Below are positions 23,470-37,254 of a DNA stretch of 64,000 nucleotides, piece by piece (the stretch's first letter is position 1; the number at the start of each line of letters is the position of its first letter). The stretch comes from Octopus sinensis. Taxonomy: Eukaryota. A program made the position numbers and the translations under genes. The DNA is taken from NCBI RefSeq assembly GCF_006345805.1, contig NC_042997.1, positions 140,058,001 to 140,122,000 on the forward strand. Reading direction: 5' to 3'. A model generated the notes under the pieces. The model ran no database searches, was not told where the DNA came from, and worked only from the letters and a program-made list of their open reading frames with translations.

Positions 23470-24175
23470 TGTTATGAACATGTAACGGCAGAAATTAATT
23501 TGTAAACAATAATTGATACACTATAGGATGGAACGTCGGAGTCGTCACCAGTTTGAAATCGATGCCTGTTATGGTGCAACGTCGGGATCGCCAGTTTGCA
23601 ACAGTTGAGATTAATTTGTAACGGTTAGTTCTTCGTTGAAGTCGAAGGTCACCAATTGTAATGGTTTGCTGTTAGTTAATTTCCTTTATGTAAGTTGAAG
23701 GAAGAACAACGAATGAAGTTGTAAAGAGATATTTATTTACCGTTACTTTGATATATACCATACCACAACTGGTAGGCTAGTGTAATAGTATAACACAGTT
23801 CGTAAAGCATGCAAAGTAAAAAGAGTTAATTTCGGCTTGTATATGTGTGTACACGATCTCATAGTAGTATTAGAGAGAGATATGGTAATGTTGCAGAGAA
23901 AAGAAATTGAGCTAATGAAAGCGAGAGTGTGAGACAAGACGGCTTCTACGTTGGTTAATTCCATAGTCATCACTCTGTGAAGTTACTTCAGTCGAGACAG
24001 CATTTCGCTCGAGCCAGTCTGTCGCCTCTCTACCAGTCGTTCTCACTAACTACATTCTGACTTTACTTGCAGAGTTCTTGTTTTTATAACTATCCAATTT
24101 GTAATAAAAAGACTATCTCATTTTACTTGTTGACTCTTTCATATCCCAATGCAGATGCATCCTCCTCGTTCAACA
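23470..24175 (+). mobile_element. Possible solo LTR
   Basis: TGTT...AACA termini, CpG-retaining interior, AATAAA at ~24103. No TSD could be identified. Confidence 0.45.
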
Positions 24176-24589
24176 ATGAGAATTTGATTCGATTAACTGA
24201 ATAACCTGCTCCAGTATCAATTTATAAGTAGCTAACTTTCTACGGATGCGTGTACCCTTTACATAAATCCCAGGTAGAATCAACGTGACAAGGTGTGACA
24301 GGGCATGTACTTTTGAATTATGGGGTACAAAATATCTGATGAGCTACTTTACAGTTTCCGATTGTTCAGTTTCATCAACAAAATATGAAGTGACTTAAAA
24401 CTAAAGAAGGCGACATCTGCCTAAGATGTCAGTGGGATCGAACCATATATATCGTAGTTGTGAGTGAACTTCTTACTTAGGCAGCACCTTCAATTTATAA
24501 AATAGTTCATAATATAAATGATGGGCAAGAAATGTGTAGTTTAAAATTCGAGTTGTTTCCCTTGTTTTTTTAATTTTTCTTATTATTAT

Positions 24590-24686
24590 GCAATTGTTGA
24601 ACCCGGAACAAACAAGTTTCTTATGAAGTTATTGACAGGTGTCGTCTTAATTTGTTTCGTGAACTTTCGTTCAGTTTGCTGCAATA
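24590..24686 (+). promoter_or_regulatory. Putative promoter / 5' leader of the arrestin-domain gene
   Basis: Non-repetitive and CpG-retaining, with ETS-like CCGGAA at 24603-24608, directly upstream of the inferred ATG. TSS not determinable. Confidence 0.35.
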
Positions 24687-24748
24687 ATGAACGAAATTTT
24701 AGTCAGAACCAATCGGAGTTTTTATAATGTTGGAGATACAGTTTATGG
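24687..24748 (+). CDS. Alpha-arrestin (arrestin-domain) gene, coding exon 1
   Basis: ATG...MNEILVRTNRSFYNVGDTVY-gg|GTAAAG. The Y..GD.V.G motif marks the arrestin N-domain start; the phase 2 end fits exon 2. Confidence 0.85.
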
Positions 24749-25829
24749 GTAAAGAAAAATTCTTTTTAATTATTTTGTTATTTCTATTGTTGCGTTGTTG
24801 TTATTTAGACCCACCTTCATCAACAGATTGATGATCAAAAATATTCCAGCCGTGGTCACCTCGTCCTTTTTGACTGTGTAAGATTAATTATCAGGAAGTG
24901 TTTCTCTAATGTTTTTTTTTTAAACAGTGCAGTGTAATTTGATTTGAAGTAAATTTGACTATTATTTCTAACAAGGCGTGGGGCCACGTATAAGCTTTCG
25001 TTTCTATTGTTGTTTCTTTTCTTGTTTTTCTTTCTATAAACACTTCAGTTTCACAGTGAGGCTATTCCACTTCAGTTTCATTAGCAAAAGTAGTTATTTT
25101 AGTGGTAACATAAATTTAAATAGAATTCGTCAAGTAAAGTAAATCAATCTATAGTATTTGATTTTGTTGTTGCTTAGCCTTAGGTCACCCCTGATCGACC
25201 AGTACTATGGTCAGACATTTCTACCTCTGCAAGAACTATTGGATTGAGATTTCTTAGTCTTGTTTACGTTCTTTAATACTTTTTATGTGGGACAGAAATT
25301 TCTTTCTTCTTGATTCTGACTGAGCATCTGAAATTGAAAACAAAACTCCGAAGACTGCTTTTGCGTTTTAAGGAGGAGGAACATAATGAAAAGCTAGGAC
25401 GGAATTTAAACAAAAACACCTTAAAAGGAATATATATTTCCCTTTTTTAAGACGATAGAGTTATTGAGAAAGATTTGGCTATTGTTTCTAGCAGGTAGAA
25501 CGACCACTTTGGGACTTCTTCGTTAGTTCGTATTGATTTCGGTAGTGATGGTAGGTGTAGTAGTCATAAGACGAGCACTTTTCTTCTTACTGTAAACAAT
25601 GTCGCTCCATTTATCTTCCTAATGTTTACTAGAAGGAAAAAGTGGAAGAAAAAAAACAGGACGTTCCCTCCCCACTAAAAAAAAAATCCATAAGTTTCTG
25701 ATTCTCCTCTCCCAAAATTTCATGTTAGAGAGAGAGAGAGAGAGGCCTTTTAACTGTTATAAACGAACAACTGTAAATAGAGGTTAACAGTTACTGTTGA
25801 ACGAGAAATGATTTTAAATTATTTTCACA

Positions 25830-26000
25830 ATTTGGATCAAAGAGATCGGAAGAGGTCACACAGAAGCCCTCAAAAACGATGGGAAGATGACCGTCAGAAA
25901 ATTCAACCTCAAGTGGAAAAGCAAGGTGCAATCAAGGGAAGAATGGAAGTGTTTTCTAGCGATGTGTAGCACATCTGATAGTCTGGTTGATAGAGCGATT
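25830..26000 (+). mobile_element. RTE-clade LINE C-terminal remnant
   Basis: RKRSHRSPQKRWEDD, then (frameshift) KWKSKVQSREEWKCFLAMC, like RTE RGRP.KRW.DD ... W...AQDR..W. Confidence 0.55.
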
Positions 26001-26577
26001 TTCATTAATACTTGTTTGCTAGTTTAGAGATACTACTAGTGGTAGAGTTACTCTATGGTTAGTATTTTTGTTTGCATTTTATTTTTATTGACTTGGTTTG
26101 TATATCTTTTAAATAACTTCATTTCAGAGCTTTGTTTATATAAAATTCCTCTTTCGTGCTGCTGGAAAATGTAACCCTTCAAATTACTTAGATAATGATA
26201 CAATATGATTTTCTCCGTGAGATATTAACAGATTATTATCAAATATTATTTCCTATTGTTCCCCATCATCGTCGTATTATATCCGTTTTGATCATATGCT
26301 ATCTTATAATGCGTGATAAGATCCTATCCTGTATAATACGGTTCTTCCCACTTCGTGACATTTCTTCTTCCTTCTGTCACAAGTACCTTCCACTGTATGC
26401 ATACAAAACATTTTTACCTCATCAGTGCAAGCACAACTGCTATCCCTACTTACATTGACTAATGCTTTGAATCCTCCACTGTTCACTTGAATTCTGATTA
26501 GATACTTTCAACTGATCATACTCAACTAATTTTGATCAAGTCTCTGGATTTTCTACATTCATTATCCATATCTTACT

Positions 26578-27073
26578 ACCTTGGGCAAAGTTCAAAGAGC
26601 TCTTACCTCTGCTGGTGACAAAGGGCCTCTCGCTCAGAGTAAAATGTACACTGTATGACACATGTGCATGAACAGCCATGCTACATGGCAGTGAAACATG
26701 GGCTGTGACTGCTGAGGACATGCGTAAACTCGCAAGGAATGAAGCCAGTATGATCCGATGGATGTGTAATATCAGTGTGCATACTCGATAGAGTGTAGGT
26801 ACCTTGAGAGAAATGTTGGACCTAAGAAGCATCAGATGTGGTGTGCAAGAGAAATAACTGCGTTGGTATGGTCATGTGGCGAGAATGAATGAGGACAGCT
26901 GTGTGAAAAAGTACCACACCCTAGCAGTTGAGGGAACCCGTGGAAGAGGTAAAGCCAGGAAGACCGGGGATGAAGTGGTGAAGCATGACCTTCAAACTTT
27001 AGGCCTCACCAAGGAAATGACTAGTGACTGAGACTTTTGGAAATATGCTGTGCGTGAGAAGACCCGGCAAGCA
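26578..27073 (+). mobile_element. RTE LINE 3' coding fragment, degenerate
   Basis: WAKFKELLPLLVTKGLSLRVK, MLHGSETWAVTAEDMRKLARNEASM and WYGHVARM. Confidence 0.9.
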
Positions 27074-27321
27074 TGACCACAGTTCAATGGGTGAAATAAG
27101 TAAAAGATACAAGAAATGAATTAATTCAAATGCATCTTTCAGTTTTTGAGAAGCTTTCAGATGTTTTGATTAGAGAAACAACTAATTATCCACAATGATT
27201 GAAATGTTTGTGTTTTGAATCCTTTATAAGAATTTGTCGTACTTGTGATTTCACTTCTGTTCTCTTTAGATTTCTTGCTTGTAACTATTAATGTGTACAA
27301 GTTTGTGTGTGTGTGTGTGTG

Positions 27322-27364
<43 letters not shown>

Positions 27365-28200
27365 CCTTTAGGAAGCCGAACAAGAAGCTATCATACATTA
27401 ACACAAGTTCCTGTCATCCAGCCTATCCTCAAGTACAGAGATGTTTGATGCTGCCACCCCATATTACAATGAGGCTTTGGCCACCAGCAGTTTCAAGGAG
27501 AGAATTAGTTATACATCAGACCCTAACCCCTCCAAGAGAAAGTGCCACCGGAAAGTGTTGTAGCTTACACTACCCTTCTCTTTAAGTGTTAAAACCCAAG
27601 TAAGTAATATATTTCTTAGCTTAGTAGATAAGCACTTGCACCATACAAATAGGCTCTACAAAATATTCAATAGGTATACCTTGAGAATTTCTTTTAATTG
27701 TGCACCCAGAGTAAAAAATATTTTAGTACGTAGGTCCACACCTGAGACCTTGAAGCCTGGCAAAGATGCTCATGTAGGGGTGATGCAATATGTCCACTGA
27801 ATGGCCACTGTGACATGGAGATGATCATATACAAGTCAGAGGTAACAGCTGTAGGCCCAAAAGGATAACCAAATGTATGAAAGTATATGAGAGCAACTGA
27901 AGGCCCCTTCAGAGCTCACTATAACAACCACAAGCCCTCCTTCAACATCCTGGAGGGATGTAACGCCACAACCATAGCCAAACATGTTTGGTCTTTGAAA
28001 GAAGGTGTCACTGAGTACGGTATAGAGTGGAAGATCCTGGAGAAATGTAAACTGTACTCCAATAGCAGCAGGTTATGCCTGGTTGAGAAAAGAGCACCCA
28101 GCACCCAAGCATTTACCTGAATCAGAGAAGTGAAATTTTTAATCCTTGCCCATATGAAAGGAAGTACATTCTATCATACCTGCATGCCCCATCATGACTA
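27365..28200 (+). mobile_element. PLE (Neptune-like) 3' ORF fragment including GIY-YIG endonuclease
   Basis: FRKPN..LSYINTSSCHP, PFSLSVKT, LVDKH, LYKIFNR, CSC...CPLNGHC..IIYK, YM.ATEGPFR.HYNNHK.SF and IAKHVWSLK..IEWKILEK. Confidence 0.88.
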
Positions 28201-29353
28201 TAATCACTAATCCCTTAACTTTGGCCCTCTGCCAATACCTTGAAGCCTGGCAAAGAGTTTGATCACAGCATACACTAATGCACCTACAAACAAGCATGGC
28301 GGACAGCTACTCAATAGACTGCCCCCCCCCCCCAATATAAACTTCCACACATATCTTACCCTTTTATACACTGCATGCACACATAAAGACCCCATGTACT
28401 TAACCAATGCATAAAAGAAAGAAAACATGCTAACGAACACAGATGTGTATGTTACACCCCCTGCAAAAGTTATACATATAGTACCACTACACAAATTCCG
28501 TTTCCATAAGAACACCAACCTTAAGGACATACACATTTTCCACAAACTTTTCCAGAAAACTCTTACTGACTTGCCACATAACCACCCCGGGTGGTGAGGT
28601 CTTGGTACCAAGGATATAACTCTTAACTCAATCCTCTACTCATTTCGTTTCATCATCTTTTTTTAAAGCAATTACAAACTGGATATGTCTGTTCACCTCC
28701 AACAATAGAGAGCAGTCGCTATATTTCATTCCATATTGACTACCTCTGATGAGCAAAGGGTTACATAATCGGATTGTTACTTAACACTCTGTTGAATCCC
28801 TGGTGCAAAATCCATTGGTCAAATCAGCCATAATGGATATATAATACTGTACACTTCAGATATATATATATATATGTATATTTATTTATGTATGTAAGCT
28901 GTATTTAAAATTAAAGTTTAATCAGGTGACTTTAAGGTGTAGTATCCAAACCTTGTCATAGGAATGTCTCTTGTAGTGTGCCTGCAAAGCACCTTCACTG
29001 CTTCTTGAGCAATAAGAAAATATAGAGCAAATTGAAAATGGAGGGGACCAATAGGTGGTTCATCAATTTTTACACATTATATTATGTTAACTTATTTATT
29101 TATTTACTAAACTGATAATTACAATACTATACATACATATATATAACATATTATGCTTTACATATAAGATATAAGATATAAAATATAGTAATATATAAGG
29201 ATACCAGTAATTATTATAAAATAACAAACATGAATATAAATTAGGAAAATAACTTACAGCTGTTTCAGCCAATAGATAAAAATACCTCATTCTACCTTTA
29301 TTACTCAAGTGGAGTGAAGTAGTGTATGTATATATATTTTACGTATATATATA

Positions 29354-30923
29354 TCTCTCTATATATAAAACTGAGAATGTGTGTCTGTCTGTGTGTTTCC
29401 CTAAAACTTGAGAACTACACAACCAATTTCATTCAAATTTTACACATGCCTTACTTGTGTTGTTTCATGGGCAAAAAAAAAATGTTCAACTTCTTGCCTA
29501 GGGTGAGCCCATAGCAATATCATATCTTCTCCACTATTACGTGTTAAAAGTGAAACAAAACATTTCTCTATTTTATGTCAGATACTTTCACTTTAACAAT
29601 AAAAATTAGGGATAATAATAACAATTGAATTATATGTAGTAAGAAATAATTAAAAGAAAACTAAAGTATAATATAATAATTAAATCGTAACATAACAATT
29701 AAAAGTAAAAATAGCAGTTGGTATAAAATTGCATCAATGACTTGAACTTGAATAAGTGGTTTCACATGAAAGGGAATAAATAAAAAATAAAATTTAAGTG
29801 CAGAAATGGAATAGTCCAGATGGAGGTGTGCACATACCGTTTACCACGGCTTTTACATTAGATTATCTGCTAATTAGCTAGCATTAAGTATCTATATGAA
29901 GTTTCGCTGTAGGTAATGTCTGTTTTCTCGAACAGCCGCTTCTACTGAGTACTGCTGTTGGTTTATTTCTTATACATAAAGGACTATAGCTTCAACTGCG
30001 TACTGCTTTTTGATTCACCGTAAGGTTTGTTGCTATTATTATTACTGTTTAACTATTATCACATTTGTTGGTTCCTCGTAAGGGAAACGTTGTTGTGTTG
30101 CATTTGTTAAATAATTGTAAACTGTAACCCTCCCCCTTTGGGAGAAGGAGCTTTAGTTATTGTTTAAAAATTGAATTGTGTCCCTGTTTGGGGAAATTGA
30201 CAATATTTTCACCGTTTACATGGAAGCAGTTTTGTTAGAATGCCTTCGAAAGAAGAAAGTCCAAAAATGAATTTCGCTGCAGCCGTCGGCGGGCACAAAC
30301 TCATTGAAATTAAAACGGAAGAAATACAAACCTATTTCGGATTGATCACCGACAAAGACGGTGAATCTAGGATAACACCAACAAACGAAATAAAAAATTA
30401 AATTAAAGAAAAGACTATTGTCTATAAAGTATACAATGTAGAGAAAAAAAAAAGATTTGAACACCTGGAGGAAAGCACTATCGAAAAGTGTCTTGGTGCG
30501 ACTATAAAAGATATCTAACCAGAGGTGGAAAATTCGCCACAATAGAAGCAAGGTTCGAGTCAACGGAGCTTGCTAGTTAGTACTTGACTCAAACCTTGCA
30601 AAGTGGAAATATTTTATTTTTACCTTTATATCTGGGATGTAGGATGTCCCGGATAAAAATTTAAAATGTCCCCCCAGAAGTAGAGGTAGGCTGGATTGTA
30701 GCCACACTTCTGTACAAGAGGGAGGACAACATACAATTGATCGAAATTGCAAGAGACGGGCCTACAATTCCAGTCTGTTAAATATTTTGAGTATTGTTAT
30801 CACTAGCGATATCAAGATATAACTTTATATTTTGTATTTTATGTGTAAATATATATAGATGTGCATATAATATGTACACATATATATACACATATTTACA
30901 TGCACTAGTATATATAATGCTAG
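29354..30923 (+). mobile_element. Non-autonomous Helitron, long form (~1.57 kb) with captured interior
   Basis: 5' TC(TCTCTATATATAAAACTGAG) after A; 3' CTAG before T at 30920-30923. Both ends match the 39.1-39.6 kb copy. Confidence 0.8.
30240..30580 (+). pseudogene. Captured coding-like fragment inside the Helitron, possibly a LINE ORF1 N-terminus
   Basis: MPSKEESPKMNFAAAVGGHKLIEIKTEEI..., then stop and frameshift, then YLTRGGKFATIEARFESTELA (RRM-like F..V.F motif). Assignment is inference. Confidence 0.4.
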
Positions 30924-30939
30924 TATATATATATATATG

Positions 30940-32795
<1,856 letters not shown>

Positions 32796-32796
<1 letters not shown>

Positions 32797-32952
32797 CCGG
32801 AGTAAACACATAGATGTGAAACAAGGTGGAAAAAAGAGTACTCAAATACCAGTGGTAGAGTAATATGCTTTATTTTAAGCGGCAGAAAATTCAACAAAAT
32901 CTGTTACTCTAAGTTTCTCGTTGCTGTTCATCAGACAGTTTTTGCTAGAATG
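32796..32952 (-). mobile_element. PLE 3' terminal fragment with hammerhead motif
   Basis: 157-bp copy of 33501-33657 with 4 substitutions. Confidence 0.88.
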
Positions 32953-33469
32953 TCATCTTCGCTGTTTGTGGCCAAGCATTATCCTGACAGAAGAACATCT
33001 TTCGTCTTGAAAAAAAATGGTCATTTTCAATGGCATGATGGTGTCAAGGAATGGTTGAATGACCAAATCCAAGCTTCTCTGCTAGTTCCTCAACAGTTAT
33101 GATGGGATTTTCCACTAGGGTTTGCGGGATGTCCTTATCAAGCTCTACATATCTTCCAGGAAGAGGCTCGTTTTCAAGGCTGTAGTTTCTGGCTCAGAAT
33201 TTCTAGAACCACCATTGACACTGGCTTACACTTATTGTCTGATCTCCATATACTGCATTAATATTCCTCTCACAACTCATAAAGCAAAGTATGCTGAATA
33301 TGCTCCTTTGTCACTTCCATTATAGCTTTGAAAAAATAACTGTTGAAAGAATAAGGACAAAGTAAAATTACTAGCTGCTTTTATAGCAAGTTGATGCAGG
33401 TAGTTTATTTTGTCTCCCTCCGACTTTTAGTTCATGCAGTTGAAATCACTGCATTATTTATGGGATGAC

Positions 33470-33473
<4 letters not shown>
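32953..33473 (-). mobile_element. Mariner 5' portion (one TIR), internally deleted
   Basis: Matches 15890-15950 joined to 16280-16779; TIR gcattatttatgggatgacccaa followed by TA. Confidence 0.85.
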
Positions 33474-33500
<27 letters not shown>

Positions 33501-33503
<3 letters not shown>

Positions 33504-36256
33504 GGAGTAAACACATAAATGTGAAACAAGGTGGAAAAAAGAGTACTCAAATACCAGTGGTAGAGTAATATGCTTTATTTTAAGCAGCAGAAAATTCAAC
33601 AAAATCTGTTACTCTGAGTTTCTCGTTGCCGTTCATCAGACAGTTTTTGCTAGAATGGAACTGATATATCAATTCAATCTATACTCTTACAAATGCTACA
33701 CCTTTAAAAAGAAATGGACTTGTTTGATTGGCCCTTTAGAAAAAACGGTCAATCTTCGAGCGATAAACAAAAAGGTCAAAAATATATGTATATATATATA
33801 AAAAAACTTATAAAAATTATAAAATCCGAGGAAAAAACCTATTGACGTTAATGAAGACAGTGCAAATTAATGCATAGAAATTAAACCTGTTATAAATACT
33901 GCATACATATTTATATTAAAATCTACATATATATATCAACATACACAAAAGGATGCGCGTAAACGCCATACATACATATACAGACATATGAATATAAATC
34001 TAAATATACACATAAAAGCATGTGTACATATATTCACGCAAACTGTCTCGCACGCAAGCTAAAATTCATCTATGTAGCAATTCTCATATACTGAGCAAGG
34101 AGGGGGAACGAAAGAAAGGGAGAGAGAGAAAAAGGAACGAAGGAGGGGTGGGGAAAAAACGAAATATTATGTATACAAGCAGTGTAACTGTATTATTGGC
34201 ATATATAAAGACCAGTATACATACACAAGTTTGAATGGATACACATACATACAGTCGTGTATATGTGTGCTTAAGCACAAACATACTTTCACTTACACAT
34301 ACACAGATACGCATGCTTACAAATACATATGCTTTGCTATACACATACTTATATAAATATTCTAATTTTGATAACATTGCTTTTTTTAAAAAAACATTGC
34401 TTTTAAAAATGGGTGCATTAATAAAAATATATACGAAAGACATATAAAATAAAATAAAATATAACATCCTATTTTGGGTCATTTATAAATAATCAAGGTA
34501 ATTCTATGCAATACAATAACATGAAAACAAAGTTTGTAGGTTTTTCCTAATATATATGTAGAAACATAAGACTTTGCTATACGGATTAAGATCCGCATTC
34601 CTTGGAAACAAAATCCATCGTAGCGCTCATCGTTCAAGAGTCAAAATCAAAATCAAAATCAAAAATACAAAATATATACTCTATCCATATGGTATATTTA
34701 TATTCGACATTTTAAATTTAGCCGCGTGCCTACATAAGTTCATTAGCTCACTTCTTTGATTCAAAGAATTATTGTCTTTGAATAAGATGTACATTTTTTC
34801 TAATAGACAAAGTCTGCACTTGAAATTATTTTTGTAAGCTCCATGCCTGTATGGTGCCGCCCTGTCCAGAAATACCCAGAGAATAGGAAGAAAACCAGCC
34901 TAGCAAAATATGTCTGGGAACTAAAAGAAAAGGAAGCCCCACCTTTCAACGTGACATGGAGCATTCTGGACAGGGCGGCACCATACAGGCATGGAGCTTA
35001 CAAAAATAATTTCAAGTGCAGACTTTGTCTATTAGAAAAAATGTACATCTTATTCAAAGACAATAATTCTTTGAATCAAAGAAGTGAGCTAATGAACTTA
35101 TGTAGGCGCGGCTAAATTTAAAATGTCGAATATAATATACCATATGGATAGAGTATATATTTTGTATTTTTGATTTTGATTTTGATTTTGACTCTTGAAC
35201 GATGAGCGCTACGATGGATTTGTTTTCCAAGGAATGCGGATCTTAATCCGTATAGCAAAGTCTTATGTTTCTACATATATTAGGAAAAAACCTACAAACT
35301 TTGTTTTCATGTTATTGTATTGCATAGAATTACCTTGATTATTTATAAATGACCCAAAATAGGATGTTATATTTTATTTTATTTTATATGTCTTTCGTAT
35401 ATATTTTTATTAATGCACCCATTTTTAAAGCAATGTTTTTTTAAAAAAAGCAATGTGTGTCAAAATTAGAATATTATATAAGTATGTGTATAGCAAAGCA
35501 TATGTATTTGTAAGCATGCGTATCTGTGTATGTGTAAGTGAAAGTATGTTTGTGCTTAAGCACCATATACACGACTGTATGTATGTGTATCCATTCAAAC
35601 TTGTGTATGTATACTGGTCTTTATATATGCCAATAATACAGTTACACTGCTTGTATACATAATATTTCGTTTTTTCCCCACCCCTCCTTCGTTCCTTTTT
35701 CTCTCTCTCCCTTTCTTTCGTTCCCCCTCCTTGCTCAGTATATGAGAATTGCTACATAGATGAATTTTAGCTTGCGTGCGAGACGGTTTGCGTGAATATA
35801 TGTACACATGCTTTTATGTGTATATTTAGATTTATATTCATACGTCTGTATATGTATGTATGGCGTTTACGCGCATCCTTTTGTGTATGTTGATATATAT
35901 ATGTAGATTTTAATATAAATATGTATTGCAGTATTTATAACAGGTTTAATTTCTATGCATTAATTTGCACTGTCTTCATTAACGTCAATAGGTTTTTTCC
36001 TCGGATTTTATAATTTTTATAAGTTTTTTTATATATATATACATATATTTTTGACCTTTTTGTTTATCGCTCGAAGATTGACCGTTTTTTCTAAAGGGCC
36101 AATCAAACAAGTCCATTTCTTTTAAAGGTGTAGCGTTTGTAAGAGTATAGATTGAATTGATATATCAGTTCCATTCTAGCAAAAACTGTCTGATGAACGG
36201 CAACGAGAAACTCAGAGTAACAGATTTTGTTGAATTTTCTGCTGCTTAAAATAAAG
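33501..36256. mobile_element. Head-to-head inverted duplication of a Neptune-like PLE 3' end (2.75-kb palindrome)
   Basis: Left arm 33501-34871 (-), spacer 34872-34963, right arm 34964-36256 (+). Plus frame TSLAKYVWELKEK..VTWSILDRAAPY...CRLCLLEKMYIL..NNSLNQRSELMNLCR is a GIY-YIG C-terminus. (TA)n at both ends. Confidence 0.95.
36179..36230 (+). ncRNA. Type I minimal hammerhead ribozyme motif (mirror copy at 33599-33650, -)
   Basis: gcaaaaactgt-CTGATGA-a cg GCAA cg a-GAAA-c tcaga g-TA^acagattttgt. Stem I is ~10 bp, the triplet is GUA, stem III is short and near-palindromic, and the 10.1-11.1 pair is a non-canonical A.A. Confidence 0.7.
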
Positions 36257-36259
36257 TAT

Positions 36260-36291
<32 letters not shown>

Positions 36292-36341
36292 GGGGGGTAT
36301 ATAAAGTAAACAAACAGGGTGTTAGTTGTGCTCAACCCTTG

Positions 36342-36416
<75 letters not shown>

Positions 36417-37254
36417 TGTGCCTCTGACCAGCAAGTTACAGATATATAGCTAAGAGCATAGTAGACACAAAAACCAATGGTAACTTCTGACCAGCCATAA
36501 CCAACAACTGCATAAAATATAATTCACACACACACACACACACACACGTGTGTGTGTGTGTGTATCCTGTTTCTGACCTTCAAATTATTGAAAAAAATCC
36601 AAGAGTTTGCATATGATTCTAATCATTGTCAGTCAGGATTTCCTTTATAAGTGTAAATAGTGCCTTTGTAGAATAGCTTGGACTAGACATAGGTGCAGTC
36701 TTCTGAAAGAACTACACTATTTAAGGAAAAAAAATCATTATATTAAGCTATTAAATTTTTGCTTTTTTAAGTCTATTTTTCAACTAAATTCAAATGTTTT
36801 AGTAACTCCTGTTTATATTTCTTCATCTATACTTATAATTACTTGTTTAAAGTAATCATAATTGTGTTTAAAATATAGAAATTTGAAGAAAATTTCAAAA
36901 TAACAGTTAAACACTTACTGTGGGGAGGACTCTGTCTTAACATTTTGTTTGAATGTCACAAAAGTATGCCTTTACCAGTATAATTCTTTTGTAAGACAGC
37001 TTTGTTGGATGGATATTAATTTCATTGTGGCCTTCCATCATAAAAAGATCTCCTTATATCTGGAGTAGCTGACTCACTGAACTAGCATACACATACACAC
37101 GCACATCTGAATGTATATGCGTGTCCATACTAATTATTTTATATATATCTTATAAAATGTTATGTTATAAACAGTTAAGTATACATAGTTATTGGGTGAG
37201 GGTATGGGAACGTGGCTGGTGGTTGGAAAATAAATAGAATATAGAATAGTTATC

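Noticed and set aside
26120-26180. Small exon-like segment (catttcAG...aaatGTAACC) in intron 1; similar AG/GT candidates near 28976-29054 and 62498
   Set aside because: Weak splice signals or in-frame stops, no arrestin similarity, and the existing model already closes in phase without them.
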